This document shows positions 1 to 9,356 of a stretch of DNA of 64,000 bases, piece after piece. Source of the DNA: Spirochaetia bacterium (GTDB lineage Bacteria > Spirochaetota > Spirochaetia > SZUA-6 > Bin103); NCBI GenBank assembly GCA_965199955.1, contig CBDATQ010000002.1, positions 64,001-128,000 on the forward strand, given 5' to 3'. A model generated the notes under the pieces. The model was not told where the DNA came from. It did not search any database and was given only the letters and a program-made list of their open reading frames with translations. Within the stretch, counting starts at the first letter, position 1, and the number at the start of each line of letters is the position of its first letter. Both the position numbers and the translations under genes were made by a program.

Positions 1-1
1 C

Positions 2-940
2 CTGCCGGTCACCTATACCTACTTCGGCTTCACGCACGGCTACATCCCGGACCCGGGCGACTACCAGATCAGCCTGTGGGCCGACGTCGGCCTGCCGAAC
101 GGCCCGTCCACCTGGGACGATCTGTACGAAGGCGGCGTCGCCATCATGCAGAAGCACGGCGTCCCGGTCGGCATCGGCCTGAGCCCGGAGCTGGACAGCC
201 GCATGGCCACCCGTGCCGTCATCTGGTCACACGGCGGCAGCGTGCAGGACGAGAACGACAACGTGGTTCTGAACTCCCCGGAGACCGTCGCCGCGGTCGA
301 GTACTACGCGAAGCTGCAGAACGACGCGATGACCGAAGAGGTGTTCGGCTGGACCCCCTCCTCGAACAACCAGGGGCTGATCGCCGGCGAGCTGAGCTAC
401 ATCCTCAACTCGATCTCGGCCTACCGCTCGCTGCAGAAGATCGACGAGGAGGCGGCGGCGGACATCGGCTTCGTGCCGGCCCTGGAGGGCCCGGCCGGCG
501 CCTTCGCATCCAGCCACGTGTGGCAGATCTACGTGATTCCCACCTACGTGGAGGGCGCGGAGCTCGAAGCGGCCAAGAAGTTCATCCTGGACCACACCGC
601 CGTCTACAACGACGCCGTCTACCACTCGGAGCTGTACAACTTCCCGTGCTATCCCAGCACGGTGCCGGAGCTCGCGGGCTGGCTGGAGGACGACCCGTTC
701 GACTCGCAGCCCGCGGACAAGCTCAAGGTGCTTGCGACCGTGAACGACTGGTCGGTGTACATCGGCTACCCGGGCGTCGCCAATCCGGCCGTGATGCAGG
801 CCTTCGGCGAGAACCTGGTCGTCAACATGGTCGCCAGGGTCGCCAAGGGCGAGCAGACCGCCGAGGAGTCGGTGGCGGAGGCGCACGCGCGCGCGGAGGA
901 GATCTTCGCCGACTGGCGCGCCCGCGGCTATCTGCGCTGA
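2..940 (+). CDS. ABC transporter extracellular solute-binding protein (carbohydrate type), 5'-truncated by window edge
   Basis: The frame of ORF 146..940 is open back to base 2 (LPVTYTYFG...PSTWDDLYEGG). It has SBP family 1-like features and precedes ABC ATPase and permease genes. Confidence 0.85.
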   Translation: MPVTYTYFGFTHGYIPDPGDYQISLWADVGLPNGPSTWDDLYEGGVAIMQKHGVPVGIGLSPELDSRMATRAVIWSHGGSVQDENDNVVLNSPETVAAVEYYAKLQNDAMTEEVFGWTPSSNNQGLIAGELSYILNSISAYRSLQKIDEEAAADIGFVPALEGPAGAFASSHVWQIYVIPTYVEGAELEAAKKFILDHTAVYNDAVYHSELYNFPCYPSTVPELAGWLEDDPFDSQPADKLKVLATVNDWSVYIGYPGVANPAVMQAFGENLVVNMVARVAKGEQTAEESVAEAHARAEEIFADWRARGYLR

Positions 941-981
941 GGCCCTCGGCCGGCACGTGGCGCGCGGGCGCCGCACACGGA

Positions 982-1017
982 GCGAAGGGCTGGGCGACGC
1001 TGGCCGCGGCCCTTCGC
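982..1017 (+). terminator. Intergenic stem-loop after SBP gene (mRNA stabiliser or partial terminator)
   Basis: GCGAAGGGC (982-990) and GCCCTTCGC (1009-1017) form an inverted repeat; no U-tract follows. Confidence 0.35.
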
Positions 1018-1076
1018 GCCATACCTTGCTGCGGGACGCGTTCGCGGACGACCGTTCGGTACGCTGAGAAGCGAGC

Positions 1077-2108
1077 ATGAGCGCGGTGCGCCTGTCCGGG
1101 ATCGTCAAGCGCTTCGGCGACGTCACCGCCGTCGCCGGGGTGGACCTGGAGATCGAGTCCGGCGAGTTCCTGGTCGTGCTCGGGCCGTCGGGATGCGGCA
1201 AGACGACCCTGATGCGCACCGTGGCCGGGCTGGAGAAGCCCAACGCCGGGCGCGTGTACATCGGCGCGCGCGACGTCACGGCGCTGCCGCCGCGCAAGCG
1301 CGGCATCGCCATGGTCTTCCAGTCCTACGCGCTCTACCCGCACATGACCGTGGCGAACAACATCGCCTTCCCGCTGAAGGCGCAGGGACGCACCAGGAGC
1401 AGGGCCGAGCGCTCCGAGCGCGTCCTGCAGGCGGCGCGCAAGGTCAGCATCGACCACCTGCTCGACCGCCGGCCGCGCCAGCTCTCCGGCGGCGAGCGGC
1501 AGCGGGTCGCGATCGCCCGCGCGATCGTCACCGAGCCGGACGTGCTGCTGCTCGATGAACCGCTCAGCAACCTGGACGCCAAGCTGCGTGCCTACGCTCG
1601 CGACGAGTTGAAGTTCTTTCAGCGCGAGTTGGGGATCACGACCATCTTCGTCACCCACGACCAGATCGAGGCGATGGGGCTCGGCGACCGGATCGTCGTG
1701 ATGGAGCAGGGGCTGGTGCAGCAGGTCGGCCCGCCGCAGGCGATCTACGACCGGCCGGCCAACACCTTCGTCGCCACCTTCCTGGGTTCGCCGGGGATGA
1801 ACCTGCTGCTGGTGGCGGAGGACGAGCTGCTCGGCTTCCGCCCCGAGCACCTGCATCCGGCCGCGGCAGGAGACCGGCACGAGTTCGAGTTCCGCATCAC
1901 GCGCATCGAGTACCTGGGGGCCGATCGCCTGCTCTACGGGCAGATCGACGACTTCCGCGGCGAGCCGCACCTGACGCTGGCGCGCCTGCCGAGCAACGTG
2001 ACAATGCCGCTGCAGGTGGGAGAGTCGTACTCCTTCGCCATCACCGATTCGCACCGCTTCGACCGTGGTAGCGGCGAGCGGCGGGACGGCGCGGGAGCGT
2101 ATCGGTGA
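1077..2108 (+). CDS. Sugar ABC transporter ATP-binding protein (MalK/UgpC-like)
   Basis: Walker [22 protein letters not shown], signature LSGGERQR, Walker [12 protein letters not shown], and H-loop. Confidence 0.95.
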   Translation: MSAVRLSGIVKRFGDVTAVAGVDLEIESGEFLVVLGPSGCGKTTLMRTVAGLEKPNAGRVYIGARDVTALPPRKRGIAMVFQSYALYPHMTVANNIAFPLKAQGRTRSRAERSERVLQAARKVSIDHLLDRRPRQLSGGERQRVAIARAIVTEPDVLLLDEPLSNLDAKLRAYARDELKFFQRELGITTIFVTHDQIEAMGLGDRIVVMEQGLVQQVGPPQAIYDRPANTFVATFLGSPGMNLLLVAEDELLGFRPEHLHPAAAGDRHEFEFRITRIEYLGADRLLYGQIDDFRGEPHLTLARLPSNVTMPLQVGESYSFAITDSHRFDRGSGERRDGAGAYR

Positions 2109-3055
2109 CCGACGCCGGCGACGAGCGCGGCAGCGTGCTGGACAGCCGCCGCCTCATGGGCTTTTCCTTCCTGGCGCCGGCTGTGCTCTACATCGTCCTG
2201 CTGATCGGCGTGCCGTTCTTCACGGCGTTCGCATTCAGCCTCAGCGACGCCACGGTAGGCAACACCGACTTCCGCTACGCCGGCCTGCGCAACTTCCGGA
2301 TCGTCCTGAACGCGCCCGACTTCCACGCCTCGTTGCGCAACACCTTCGTCTTTACCCTCGTCGCCCAGGTGTTCGTGCTGATCCTGGCCAACATCCTGGC
2401 GCTGATCCTCACCGCGCCGCTGCCGGACAGCCGCCTGGTGCGGGGCGGGATGTGGACGGCGCGGTTGCTCTTGATCATGCCGTGGGCCACGCCGCTGTCG
2501 CTCTCCGTGATCGGCTGGCTGTGGATGTTCGACTCCAAGTTCAGCCCGATCGACCACGTGCTGGAGCAGCTCGGCCTGCTCGGGCCGGGCACGGTCTGGG
2601 GTCCCACCCGCAACCTGACCTGGCTGGGCAAGACGTACCTGGCCAAGGCTTCGGTGATCTTCGTGCACGTCTGGCGCATGACGCCGCTGGCGACGGTGAT
2701 CCTGATGGCCGGCCTGTCCAGCATCCCGACCGACGTCGTGGACCAGGCCAAGGCGGACGGCGCCCGCTACTTCCGCTCGCTGTTCCAGGTGAAGCTGCCG
2801 CTGATCCTGCCGATCATGCTCAACTCGCTCCTGTTCGCCTTCATCTTCACCTTCGGCGACCTGACCGTCGTGTACGTGCTGACCCGCGGTGCGCCGATCA
2901 ACCACACGCTGACGCTGCCCATGTACAGCTTCGCGGTCGGCATCGAGGGCGGCAACCTGTCGCAGGGCGCGGCGATCGCGCTGTTCATCTTCCCCGTGCT
3001 GCTGGCGGTGGCGATCGTGCTGCTGCGCACGGCCAGCCGCGCGCAGGTTCGCTAA
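2105..3055 (+). CDS. Carbohydrate ABC transporter permease (MalF-like)
   Basis: Multiple TM helices, EAA-like loop DQAKADGA, and 4-nt overlap with the ATPase gene. Confidence 0.92.
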   Translation: MTDAGDERGSVLDSRRLMGFSFLAPAVLYIVLLIGVPFFTAFAFSLSDATVGNTDFRYAGLRNFRIVLNAPDFHASLRNTFVFTLVAQVFVLILANILALILTAPLPDSRLVRGGMWTARLLLIMPWATPLSLSVIGWLWMFDSKFSPIDHVLEQLGLLGPGTVWGPTRNLTWLGKTYLAKASVIFVHVWRMTPLATVILMAGLSSIPTDVVDQAKADGARYFRSLFQVKLPLILPIMLNSLLFAFIFTFGDLTVVYVLTRGAPINHTLTLPMYSFAVGIEGGNLSQGAAIALFIFPVLLAVAIVLLRTASRAQVR

Positions 3056-3068
3056 AGGCCGCATCCGG

Positions 3069-3962
3069 ATGGTCGATCTGACGATACCGCCCGAGCTGAT
3101 GGCGAGCCCGCCCGCGCGGGTCAGCCCCCGGCGCGTGATCAAGGGCACCCTCTACACGGTGTCCGTGCTCTGCTTCTGCCTCCTGGCCGCGGCGCCCTTC
3201 CTGGTGATGGGCATCACCACCTTCCAGACCGACGGCGACCTCTACACCCGTGACGCCAGTCCGTTCGACTACGCCGAGGCGCCCACCCTGAAGCACCTGG
3301 ACAGGCTGTTCAACGACACCAACTACCTGGTGTTCGTCCGCAACTCCGCCGTGGTGGGCGCGGCGGTGGTGGTGATCACGCTCATCCTGGCGCTGCCGGC
3401 GGCCTATTCGCTGGCCCGCCTGACCGGGCGCTGGGGAGAGCGCGCCGGCATCCTGATGTTCATCGTCTACCTGGTCCCGCCGACGCTGCTGTTCATACCG
3501 CTGTTCCGGATCATCGTGTCGCTGGGCCTGAGCAACTCGCTGTTCTCCCTGATCGTGGTCTACCCGACGATCACGGTGCCGTTCAGCGCCTGGCTGCTGA
3601 TGGGCTTCTTCAAGTCTATCCCGGAGGAGACGGAGGAGGCGGCGCTGGTCGACGGCTACCACCCCTACGGGGCGTTCCTGCGCGTGGCGCTGCCGCTGGC
3701 GCGGCCGGGCATCATCTCCGTGATCGTGTTCAGCTTCACCCTGACGCTGCACGAGTTCATCTACGCACTGGTGTTCATCACCCGCTCGGAGTGGCGGACG
3801 CTGAGCGTCGGCGTCCCCTCGGAGCTGATCCTGGGCGACGTCTTCTTCTGGCAGCCGCTGCTGGCCTCGGCCCTGATCATCGCCATCCCGGTCGCCCTGG
3901 TGTACAACGTGTTCCTGGACCGGCTGATCCAGGGTTTCACCGTGGGCGCGGTCAAGGGATAG
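3069..3962 (+). CDS. Carbohydrate ABC transporter permease (MalG-like)
   Basis: EAA motif EEAALVDG, TM helices, and C-terminal GAVKG. Confidence 0.93.
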   Translation: MVDLTIPPELMASPPARVSPRRVIKGTLYTVSVLCFCLLAAAPFLVMGITTFQTDGDLYTRDASPFDYAEAPTLKHLDRLFNDTNYLVFVRNSAVVGAAVVVITLILALPAAYSLARLTGRWGERAGILMFIVYLVPPTLLFIPLFRIIVSLGLSNSLFSLIVVYPTITVPFSAWLLMGFFKSIPEETEEAALVDGYHPYGAFLRVALPLARPGIISVIVFSFTLTLHEFIYALVFITRSEWRTLSVGVPSELILGDVFFWQPLLASALIIAIPVALVYNVFLDRLIQGFTVGAVKG

Positions 3963-3985
3963 CTTGTGCTCGATACGAGGTCAGA

Positions 3986-4462
3986 GTGGATGACCGTCCG
4001 ATCTCCCAAGAAATGAACAGGGCCAAGAGCTCAGCGAAGGTCGCCAAGCCGGACGGCGCGAAGCCGGTCCTGCTGTCGGGCGGCAATCCCCAGATCGCCA
4101 AGGCCGACGGCGACGCCCCGGTGCAGGCCTACATCGCGGCCATGCCCGGCTGGAAGAGCGACCTCGGGCGCTGCCTCGACGACCTCATCGTTCGCAGCGT
4201 ACCCGACGTGCGCAAGGCCGTGAGGTGGAACTCGCCCTTCTACGGCATCGAGGGGCAGGGGTGGTTCGTCAGCTACCACGTCTTCACCCGTTACGTGAAG
4301 GTGACCTTCCTGAATGGCGCGTCGCTGAAGCCGGTCCCGCCCGGCTCGGGCAAGGATCCGGACGCGCGCTGGATCGACATCCACGAGGGTGAGCTCGACG
4401 AGGAGCAGATGGCGGCGTGGTTCCGGCAGTCAGCCGCCCTTCCTGGCTGGCCCGGGTTCTGA
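3986..4462 (+). CDS. DUF1801 domain-containing protein
   Basis: LLSGGNPQIAKADGDAPVQAYIAAMPGWK...KAVRWNSPFYG matches this family. Start placed at GTG 3986 (alternative ATG 4013). Confidence 0.8.
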   Translation: MDDRPISQEMNRAKSSAKVAKPDGAKPVLLSGGNPQIAKADGDAPVQAYIAAMPGWKSDLGRCLDDLIVRSVPDVRKAVRWNSPFYGIEGQGWFVSYHVFTRYVKVTFLNGASLKPVPPGSGKDPDARWIDIHEGELDEEQMAAWFRQSAALPGWPGF

Positions 4463-4508
4463 AGTCCTCGGTTGCGCCCGAATGACGAGCTGATCTGAGA
4501 GCGAAGGT

Positions 4509-6161
4509 ATGAAGAACATCCTGTACGTCTACAACGAGGGCGATTTTCACCTCAGCGAGTCGGCGGGGCGGCTGATCGGCGACGATCTGGCCGCCGACGG
4601 ACGCTACGAGCTCGAGATGACCACCGACCTCGACGCGCTTGCGGCGCTGCCCCGCGGCGAGTATGCGGCGGTCGTCGTCTACACGACCGGCTGCCGCGAC
4701 GAGCTGCAGGGTACGCGGGAGGCAGGGCTGCTGCGGTTCGTGGAGGCCGGCGGCGGCTTCGTCGGCCTGCATGCGGCCGCCGACAGCTTCCGTGGGAGCC
4801 GCCCGTACCTGGAGATGCTGGGCGGGGAGTTCCTGAACCATCCGGCTCACCACGAATTCACGGTCCGGATCCTGGACGGCGACCACTACATCACGCGGCG
4901 CATGCGGGACTTCCCGATCTTCGATGAGCTGTACCGGCTGCAGGGCTTCGACCCGGAGCGGTGCACGGTGCTCGCGGACGCCGGCTTCCGGAACGAGCGC
5001 CATCCGATCGTCCACGTGCGCGAGCACGGGCGCGGGCGGGTGGCCTATCTGGCAAATGGACACACCACGCAGGCATGGCAGACGCGGGCGTTTCGCAAGC
5101 TGGTCACCCGCGCCATCGCCTGGACCGCGGGGGCCGATGTTGAGGAGAAGACGCTCAGATGCGGCCTGTTCGGGTACGGGCCGAACCACAACATGGGGCG
5201 CAACCACTACGGCTGGCTGAACGAGGTGCCCGGCCTGCGGCCCGTGGCGATGTGTGACATCGACCGCGCGCGCGTCGAGGTGGCGCGGCAGGAGTGTCCG
5301 GATCTGGAGCTCTACACGACCAGCAGCGAGGAGATGCTGGCCGATGGGAACCTCGACCTGGTCGTCGTGATCCTGCCGCACTCGCTCCATGAACAGGCCG
5401 CCCTGCAGTGCCTGGATGCCGGCGCGCACCTGGTCATCGAGAAGCCGTTCTGCCTCACCGTGGAGGAGGCGGACCGCATCATTGGCCGCGCGCGTGAGTT
5501 GGGCCTGTCGGTCAGCGTGTTTCACAACCGGCGGTGGGACGCGGACTACCTGACCATCCGGGACGTGATCGAGCGCGGTCTGATCGGCGAGGTCTTTCAC
5601 GTCGAGTGCGCTCAAGGCGGCTACGGGCACCCGGGTCCCACGTGGCGCTCCGACAAGGCGGTCTCAGGCGGCGTTCTCTACGACTGGGGCGCGCACTTCC
5701 TCGACTGGATCCTGAACTTGGTGCCGGGGAAGATCGCCCAGGTGACCGGCACGCGCCACGACCGCGTCTGGCACGGGGTCACGAACGAGGACTACATGAA
5801 GGTGGGCCTGCGATTCGAGAACGGGGTAACGGCCGAGTTCGTGTCGTCCCAGATCAGCGCGCTGCCGCAACCGAAGTGGCGGATCCTGGGCACGCTGGGC
5901 GGGCTGGAGGCGGGCGCGGCGAGGGAGGAGTTGCGGCTGGTGAGTTACGCGTCCGGCGTCCGCCACGAGGGCGTCGTGCAGGTGTCGCCGCGCATGGAAT
6001 CGTGGATCAGCTACTACCGGGAACTCGCCGACCATCTGCTGCTGGGCGAGCCCAATCCCGTCACGCCCGAGCAGGCGCGGCGGGTGATCGGCGTCATTCA
6101 GGCCGCCGAGGTGAGCGCCGAGCGCGGGGCCGGCATTCCTCCGTTCGAGGGATGCGAGTAG
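4509..6161 (+). CDS. ThuA-like domain fused to Gfo/Idh/MocA NAD-dependent oxidoreductase
   Basis: The N-terminal half has GGGFVGLHAAAD, GGEFLNHP, DELY and GRGRVAYLANGH. The C-terminal half has IEKP, HNRRWD and GGVLYDWGAH. Confidence 0.88.
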   Translation: MKNILYVYNEGDFHLSESAGRLIGDDLAADGRYELEMTTDLDALAALPRGEYAAVVVYTTGCRDELQGTREAGLLRFVEAGGGFVGLHAAADSFRGSRPYLEMLGGEFLNHPAHHEFTVRILDGDHYITRRMRDFPIFDELYRLQGFDPERCTVLADAGFRNERHPIVHVREHGRGRVAYLANGHTTQAWQTRAFRKLVTRAIAWTAGADVEEKTLRCGLFGYGPNHNMGRNHYGWLNEVPGLRPVAMCDIDRARVEVARQECPDLELYTTSSEEMLADGNLDLVVVILPHSLHEQAALQCLDAGAHLVIEKPFCLTVEEADRIIGRARELGLSVSVFHNRRWDADYLTIRDVIERGLIGEVFHVECAQGGYGHPGPTWRSDKAVSGGVLYDWGAHFLDWILNLVPGKIAQVTGTRHDRVWHGVTNEDYMKVGLRFENGVTAEFVSSQISALPQPKWRILGTLGGLEAGAAREELRLVSYASGVRHEGVVQVSPRMESWISYYRELADHLLLGEPNPVTPEQARRVIGVIQAAEVSAERGAGIPPFEGCE

Positions 6162-6166
6162 GCCCT

Positions 6167-6201
6167 TCACTCTTGCGAGTGAGGTTCGCTCCGCTCACTC
6201 G
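6167..6201. terminator. Overlapping hairpins between convergent genes
   Basis: TCACTC-ttgc-GAGTGA (6167-6182), with an alternative pairing CGAGTGAG/CTCACTCG (6176-6183/6194-6201). Confidence 0.3.
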
Positions 6202-6389
6202 GTGACGTACGCCGCGCACAGGAAGACGTCGTCCAGGCGCTCGGCTTCCCAGTCGACGCGCAGCAGCCCAGGGCGACGGCGTCGCTCCAGTGGTCGAAGC
6301 AGGCCGTCCGTTCCGGCCAGCAGGCGGACGACGCCACGGGACAGCCAGCTCAGGCATAGTCCAGAGATCTGCAGGGCGCGGTGGCTTCG

Positions 6390-7394
6390 TCAGTGGCCGC
6401 CCGAAGCGCCGGCGGCCGCACCCGCCGCCCCGCCGGCCGATATGGCTGCGATCGTCGCTGCCTGCTGGGCATCCAGGATCGCCTGGATCGACTGCAGGGC
6501 CGCCAGGTCGCCGGCGCTGCGTTCGCCGGCTCGCTCGGTGTCGGCGGACAGCTCGATGCTGGCGGCCAGCGTGAAGGCAACGGACTTGTCCGGGCGCGAC
6601 TTGGCCTGCCGGAGACGGTCGCGGTTGTCGAGCACGCGGTCGACCACCTCCGCGGCGGGACTCTGCGTTAGTGCCAGCAGCGCCACCTCGTCGTAGCGGC
6701 TCGGTCGGACCCGTTCCTCCCGGCTTCTCAGCCGCTCGGCGACGTCGCAGAACCGGTCCACTCCGGCGTCGGTGCCGCGCGGGTCGACCGCAAGAAGCTG
6801 CGAGACGAGCTGGAGTTGCTGGCCGCGGGTGAAGTCGGCGTCATGCAGGCGGGTGTAGGCCCGTTCGATGTCCGCGGCCAGGACGTCGACCGGCACGTCG
6901 CGGGAGGCATGCAGCGCCGCGGCCGGCAAGTCGCCGGCGTTGGTCAGCCACCGGTGCTCGGTGCGCCACCGGCGGCAGATGAGCGCCAGCCGTTCCAGGT
7001 CCTCTCCGGGCACCGGAGCCCCCTCACCGTGCAGGGCCATCAACAGCGCCGCCAGCGTCGGGCCGGTGCCCCGGCTCGGGACCTTGTGCTCCTTGAAGGC
7101 GTCGCGCGTGGCGAACACGCACTCGTGGACCGGGGCTGTATCCAGCCCGCGCCGCAGGATCATGGCGGCCACCACGTAGCGGATCTCCGACTTGAGGGGG
7201 CTGGACCAGCGGGCGCGCTTGCGCAGATCGGTGGCCGCCGCCTCCAGCCGGTCGTAGCCGATGGTGGAGGCTGCGGCGCCCAGGCTCAGCGCGACGAAGC
7301 GGAACGTCACTGACTGTGTCGACCAGCGCTTGCGCGCGCGCAACGCCTCGAACGTCTGCAGGTAACTGGCGACCGGGTCGCCTGATGGGCTCAT
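6390..7394 (-). CDS. DUF4003 family protein
   Basis: Helical protein with HRWLTNAGDLPAAAL and an Ala/Gly-rich C-terminal tail typical of DUF4003. Start placed at ATG 7394, preceded by TATGCT. Confidence 0.7.
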   Translation of the reverse strand: MSPSGDPVASYLQTFEALRARKRWSTQSVTFRFVALSLGAAASTIGYDRLEAAATDLRKRARWSSPLKSEIRYVVAAMILRRGLDTAPVHECVFATRDAFKEHKVPSRGTGPTLAALLMALHGEGAPVPGEDLERLALICRRWRTEHRWLTNAGDLPAAALHASRDVPVDVLAADIERAYTRLHDADFTRGQQLQLVSQLLAVDPRGTDAGVDRFCDVAERLRSREERVRPSRYDEVALLALTQSPAAEVVDRVLDNRDRLRQAKSRPDKSVAFTLAASIELSADTERAGERSAGDLAALQSIQAILDAQQAATIAAISAGGAAGAAAGASGGH

Positions 7395-7443
7395 GGCCGG
7401 CAGCATAGGACGGGCCGCCTCCGGATGCCAGGGTTAGCCGCGG

Positions 7444-7506
7444 CTACGGCTCCTGTTCAAGCGCCTCGCGTCGGTTGAGTTCCAGCGCTTCTTGCAACGT
7501 GACCTT
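7444..7506 (-). pseudogene. Remnant resembling the C-terminal half of a HicB-family antitoxin
   Basis: KVTLQEALELNRREALEQ resembles the (L)xxTLxEALExNRxxAL segment of short HicB antitoxins. No N-terminus or HicA gene is present. Confidence 0.4.
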
Positions 7507-7589
7507 GCAGCCTGCGACCCGAGGCGGAGCAGTTGGCGCTACAGCGCTCGCTTCTGCAGCGAAGCGTGGACAGGGTCTAGAATGCGAGC

Positions 7590-9353
7590 ATGGCTGAAAC
7601 CACCAGAGACCTGATCGGCGACGGCTGGCTCTCGGAGCCGGCGATATACCGCACCGACCTGGACGCCTGCCGGCCGGCGGCAGCGCTGTACCCGGGCTCG
7701 CGCGCTCGCCACTGGCGGCTGCTGTCATACGAGCTGGAGGGGCTGGCCGGCACGATGCTGCGGGCCGACGAGGAGACGGACGCTCCCGAGCTGACCTACC
7801 CGCTGCGTGCCTCCGGGTACCACGCGGTGTCGCTGGGGCTGATGGCCGAGTCCTCGGAGGACATCGTGGTGCTGACCCGCCTGAACGGGGATGTCAGCTC
7901 CACCGTGCTCACCTGCCCGATGACCGACCGCGCCGGACGGCACCGGATCCGGGAGCTGTTCTGGAAGATCGCCGACCTGAGCGGCCAGGACCTGGTGATC
8001 GGCCAGAACAACCGGCGGATCGCCGCCGGCGACACGCCGGGGTGCGTGGCGGGCAGCCCCGTGCGCCTGGCGTACGTGAAGCTGGTCCCGCTTACCGAGG
8101 GGGAGGTCGCCACCTTCCGGGCCGACGCGGCTCGGCAGGACAACCGGCGGCTGTTCGGGCACAATGACGCCCACGGCCTGCACTACGCCACGCGGCCGAC
8201 GGCAGCCGGCCACATCCGGCGCCGCATCGAGATGTTCCGCAACACGGATTTCTCGCGCCTGTACTGGGAGTGCGGCATGGGTGACCTGCTCTACTACCTG
8301 GGGACCGCCGGCCGGCTGCCGACACACGACGGCCTGGACGACTTCGCGCGGAGCGGCGACCGCCTGCACCGGGAGAGCTGGCAGATCCTGCGCGAGCAGG
8401 GCATCGATCCGTTCCGGGTCGCCCGCGAGCACGCCCGCGACATGGGACTGGAGTTTCACGCGACCTACCGGCCGGCCGGGTTCCGGTTTCCGCCCGACCA
8501 CGACCACTTCGACCACGGTGACTCCTTCTACGGGCGCCACCCCGAGCTGCGGGGCCGCGACCGCGACGGGCGCGAGACGCCCCGTATCTCCTACGCTTAC
8601 CCGGAGAGCCGGCGCTTCGCGGTGTCGTTGCTGAACGAGGTGGCCGCCGACTACGACGTCGACGGCATCTGCCTGGCCTACAACCGGCGGCCCCCGTTCA
8701 GCGAGTTCGAGCCGCCGCTGATCGACAGCTTCCAGGCGGAGCACGGCCGCGACCCGCGCACGCTGGCGGACGACGACGAGACGTGGCTGTGGCACCGCTG
8801 CGGCGTGCTCACCAGCTTCATGCGCGAAGTCCGCGCGGACCTGGACGAGGTCGCGCGCGCCCGGCAGCGGCCACGGATTTCGGTCACCGCCATAGTCATG
8901 CGAGACGCCGCGGAGAACCTCTACTACGGCATGGACCTGCAGACCTGGGTGCGGGAGGGGCTGGTGGACACCCTCATCCCCTACACGTCGGCGGTGTTCC
9001 TGGACAGCGCCGCCGACTCCTGGGAGGACCCCCGCGGTGCGGACTGGTTCGTCGAGCTGACGCGTGGCACCTCCTGCACGCTGTCGATGAGCCTGCTGCC
9101 TCGCATGATGCCGCCCGGCCTGTACCGCGAACGCGCGGCGGGGCTGTATCGGGCCGGCGTGGAGAGCTTCTTCTTCTGGGACTGCACGCCCGGACGCGGC
9201 AACTACACGGAGTCGTGGAGCGCCCTGCGGCGCCTGGGTCACAAGGAGGAGGTCCTGAGCTGGGCGGACAGCGGCCGGCCGGACCTCAGCCTCGCGCGGC
9301 GTCCGCTGACCAGCCTGGACGGTTGGGACCTGTCGTACGCCACACCGGGATAG
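7590..9353 (+). CDS. Glycosyl hydrolase-like (GHL10-like TIM barrel) protein with N-terminal extra domain
   Basis: DPFRVAREHARDMGLEFHATYR, FYGRHPEL, SYAYPESRRFAVSLLNEVAADYDVDGICLAYNR, GMDLQTWVREGLVD and FFFWD. No signal peptide. Confidence 0.7.
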   Translation: MAETTRDLIGDGWLSEPAIYRTDLDACRPAAALYPGSRARHWRLLSYELEGLAGTMLRADEETDAPELTYPLRASGYHAVSLGLMAESSEDIVVLTRLNGDVSSTVLTCPMTDRAGRHRIRELFWKIADLSGQDLVIGQNNRRIAAGDTPGCVAGSPVRLAYVKLVPLTEGEVATFRADAARQDNRRLFGHNDAHGLHYATRPTAAGHIRRRIEMFRNTDFSRLYWECGMGDLLYYLGTAGRLPTHDGLDDFARSGDRLHRESWQILREQGIDPFRVAREHARDMGLEFHATYRPAGFRFPPDHDHFDHGDSFYGRHPELRGRDRDGRETPRISYAYPESRRFAVSLLNEVAADYDVDGICLAYNRRPPFSEFEPPLIDSFQAEHGRDPRTLADDDETWLWHRCGVLTSFMREVRADLDEVARARQRPRISVTAIVMRDAAENLYYGMDLQTWVREGLVDTLIPYTSAVFLDSAADSWEDPRGADWFVELTRGTSCTLSMSLLPRMMPPGLYRERAAGLYRAGVESFFFWDCTPGRGNYTESWSALRRLGHKEEVLSWADSGRPDLSLARRPLTSLDGWDLSYATPG

Positions 9354-9356
9354 CCT

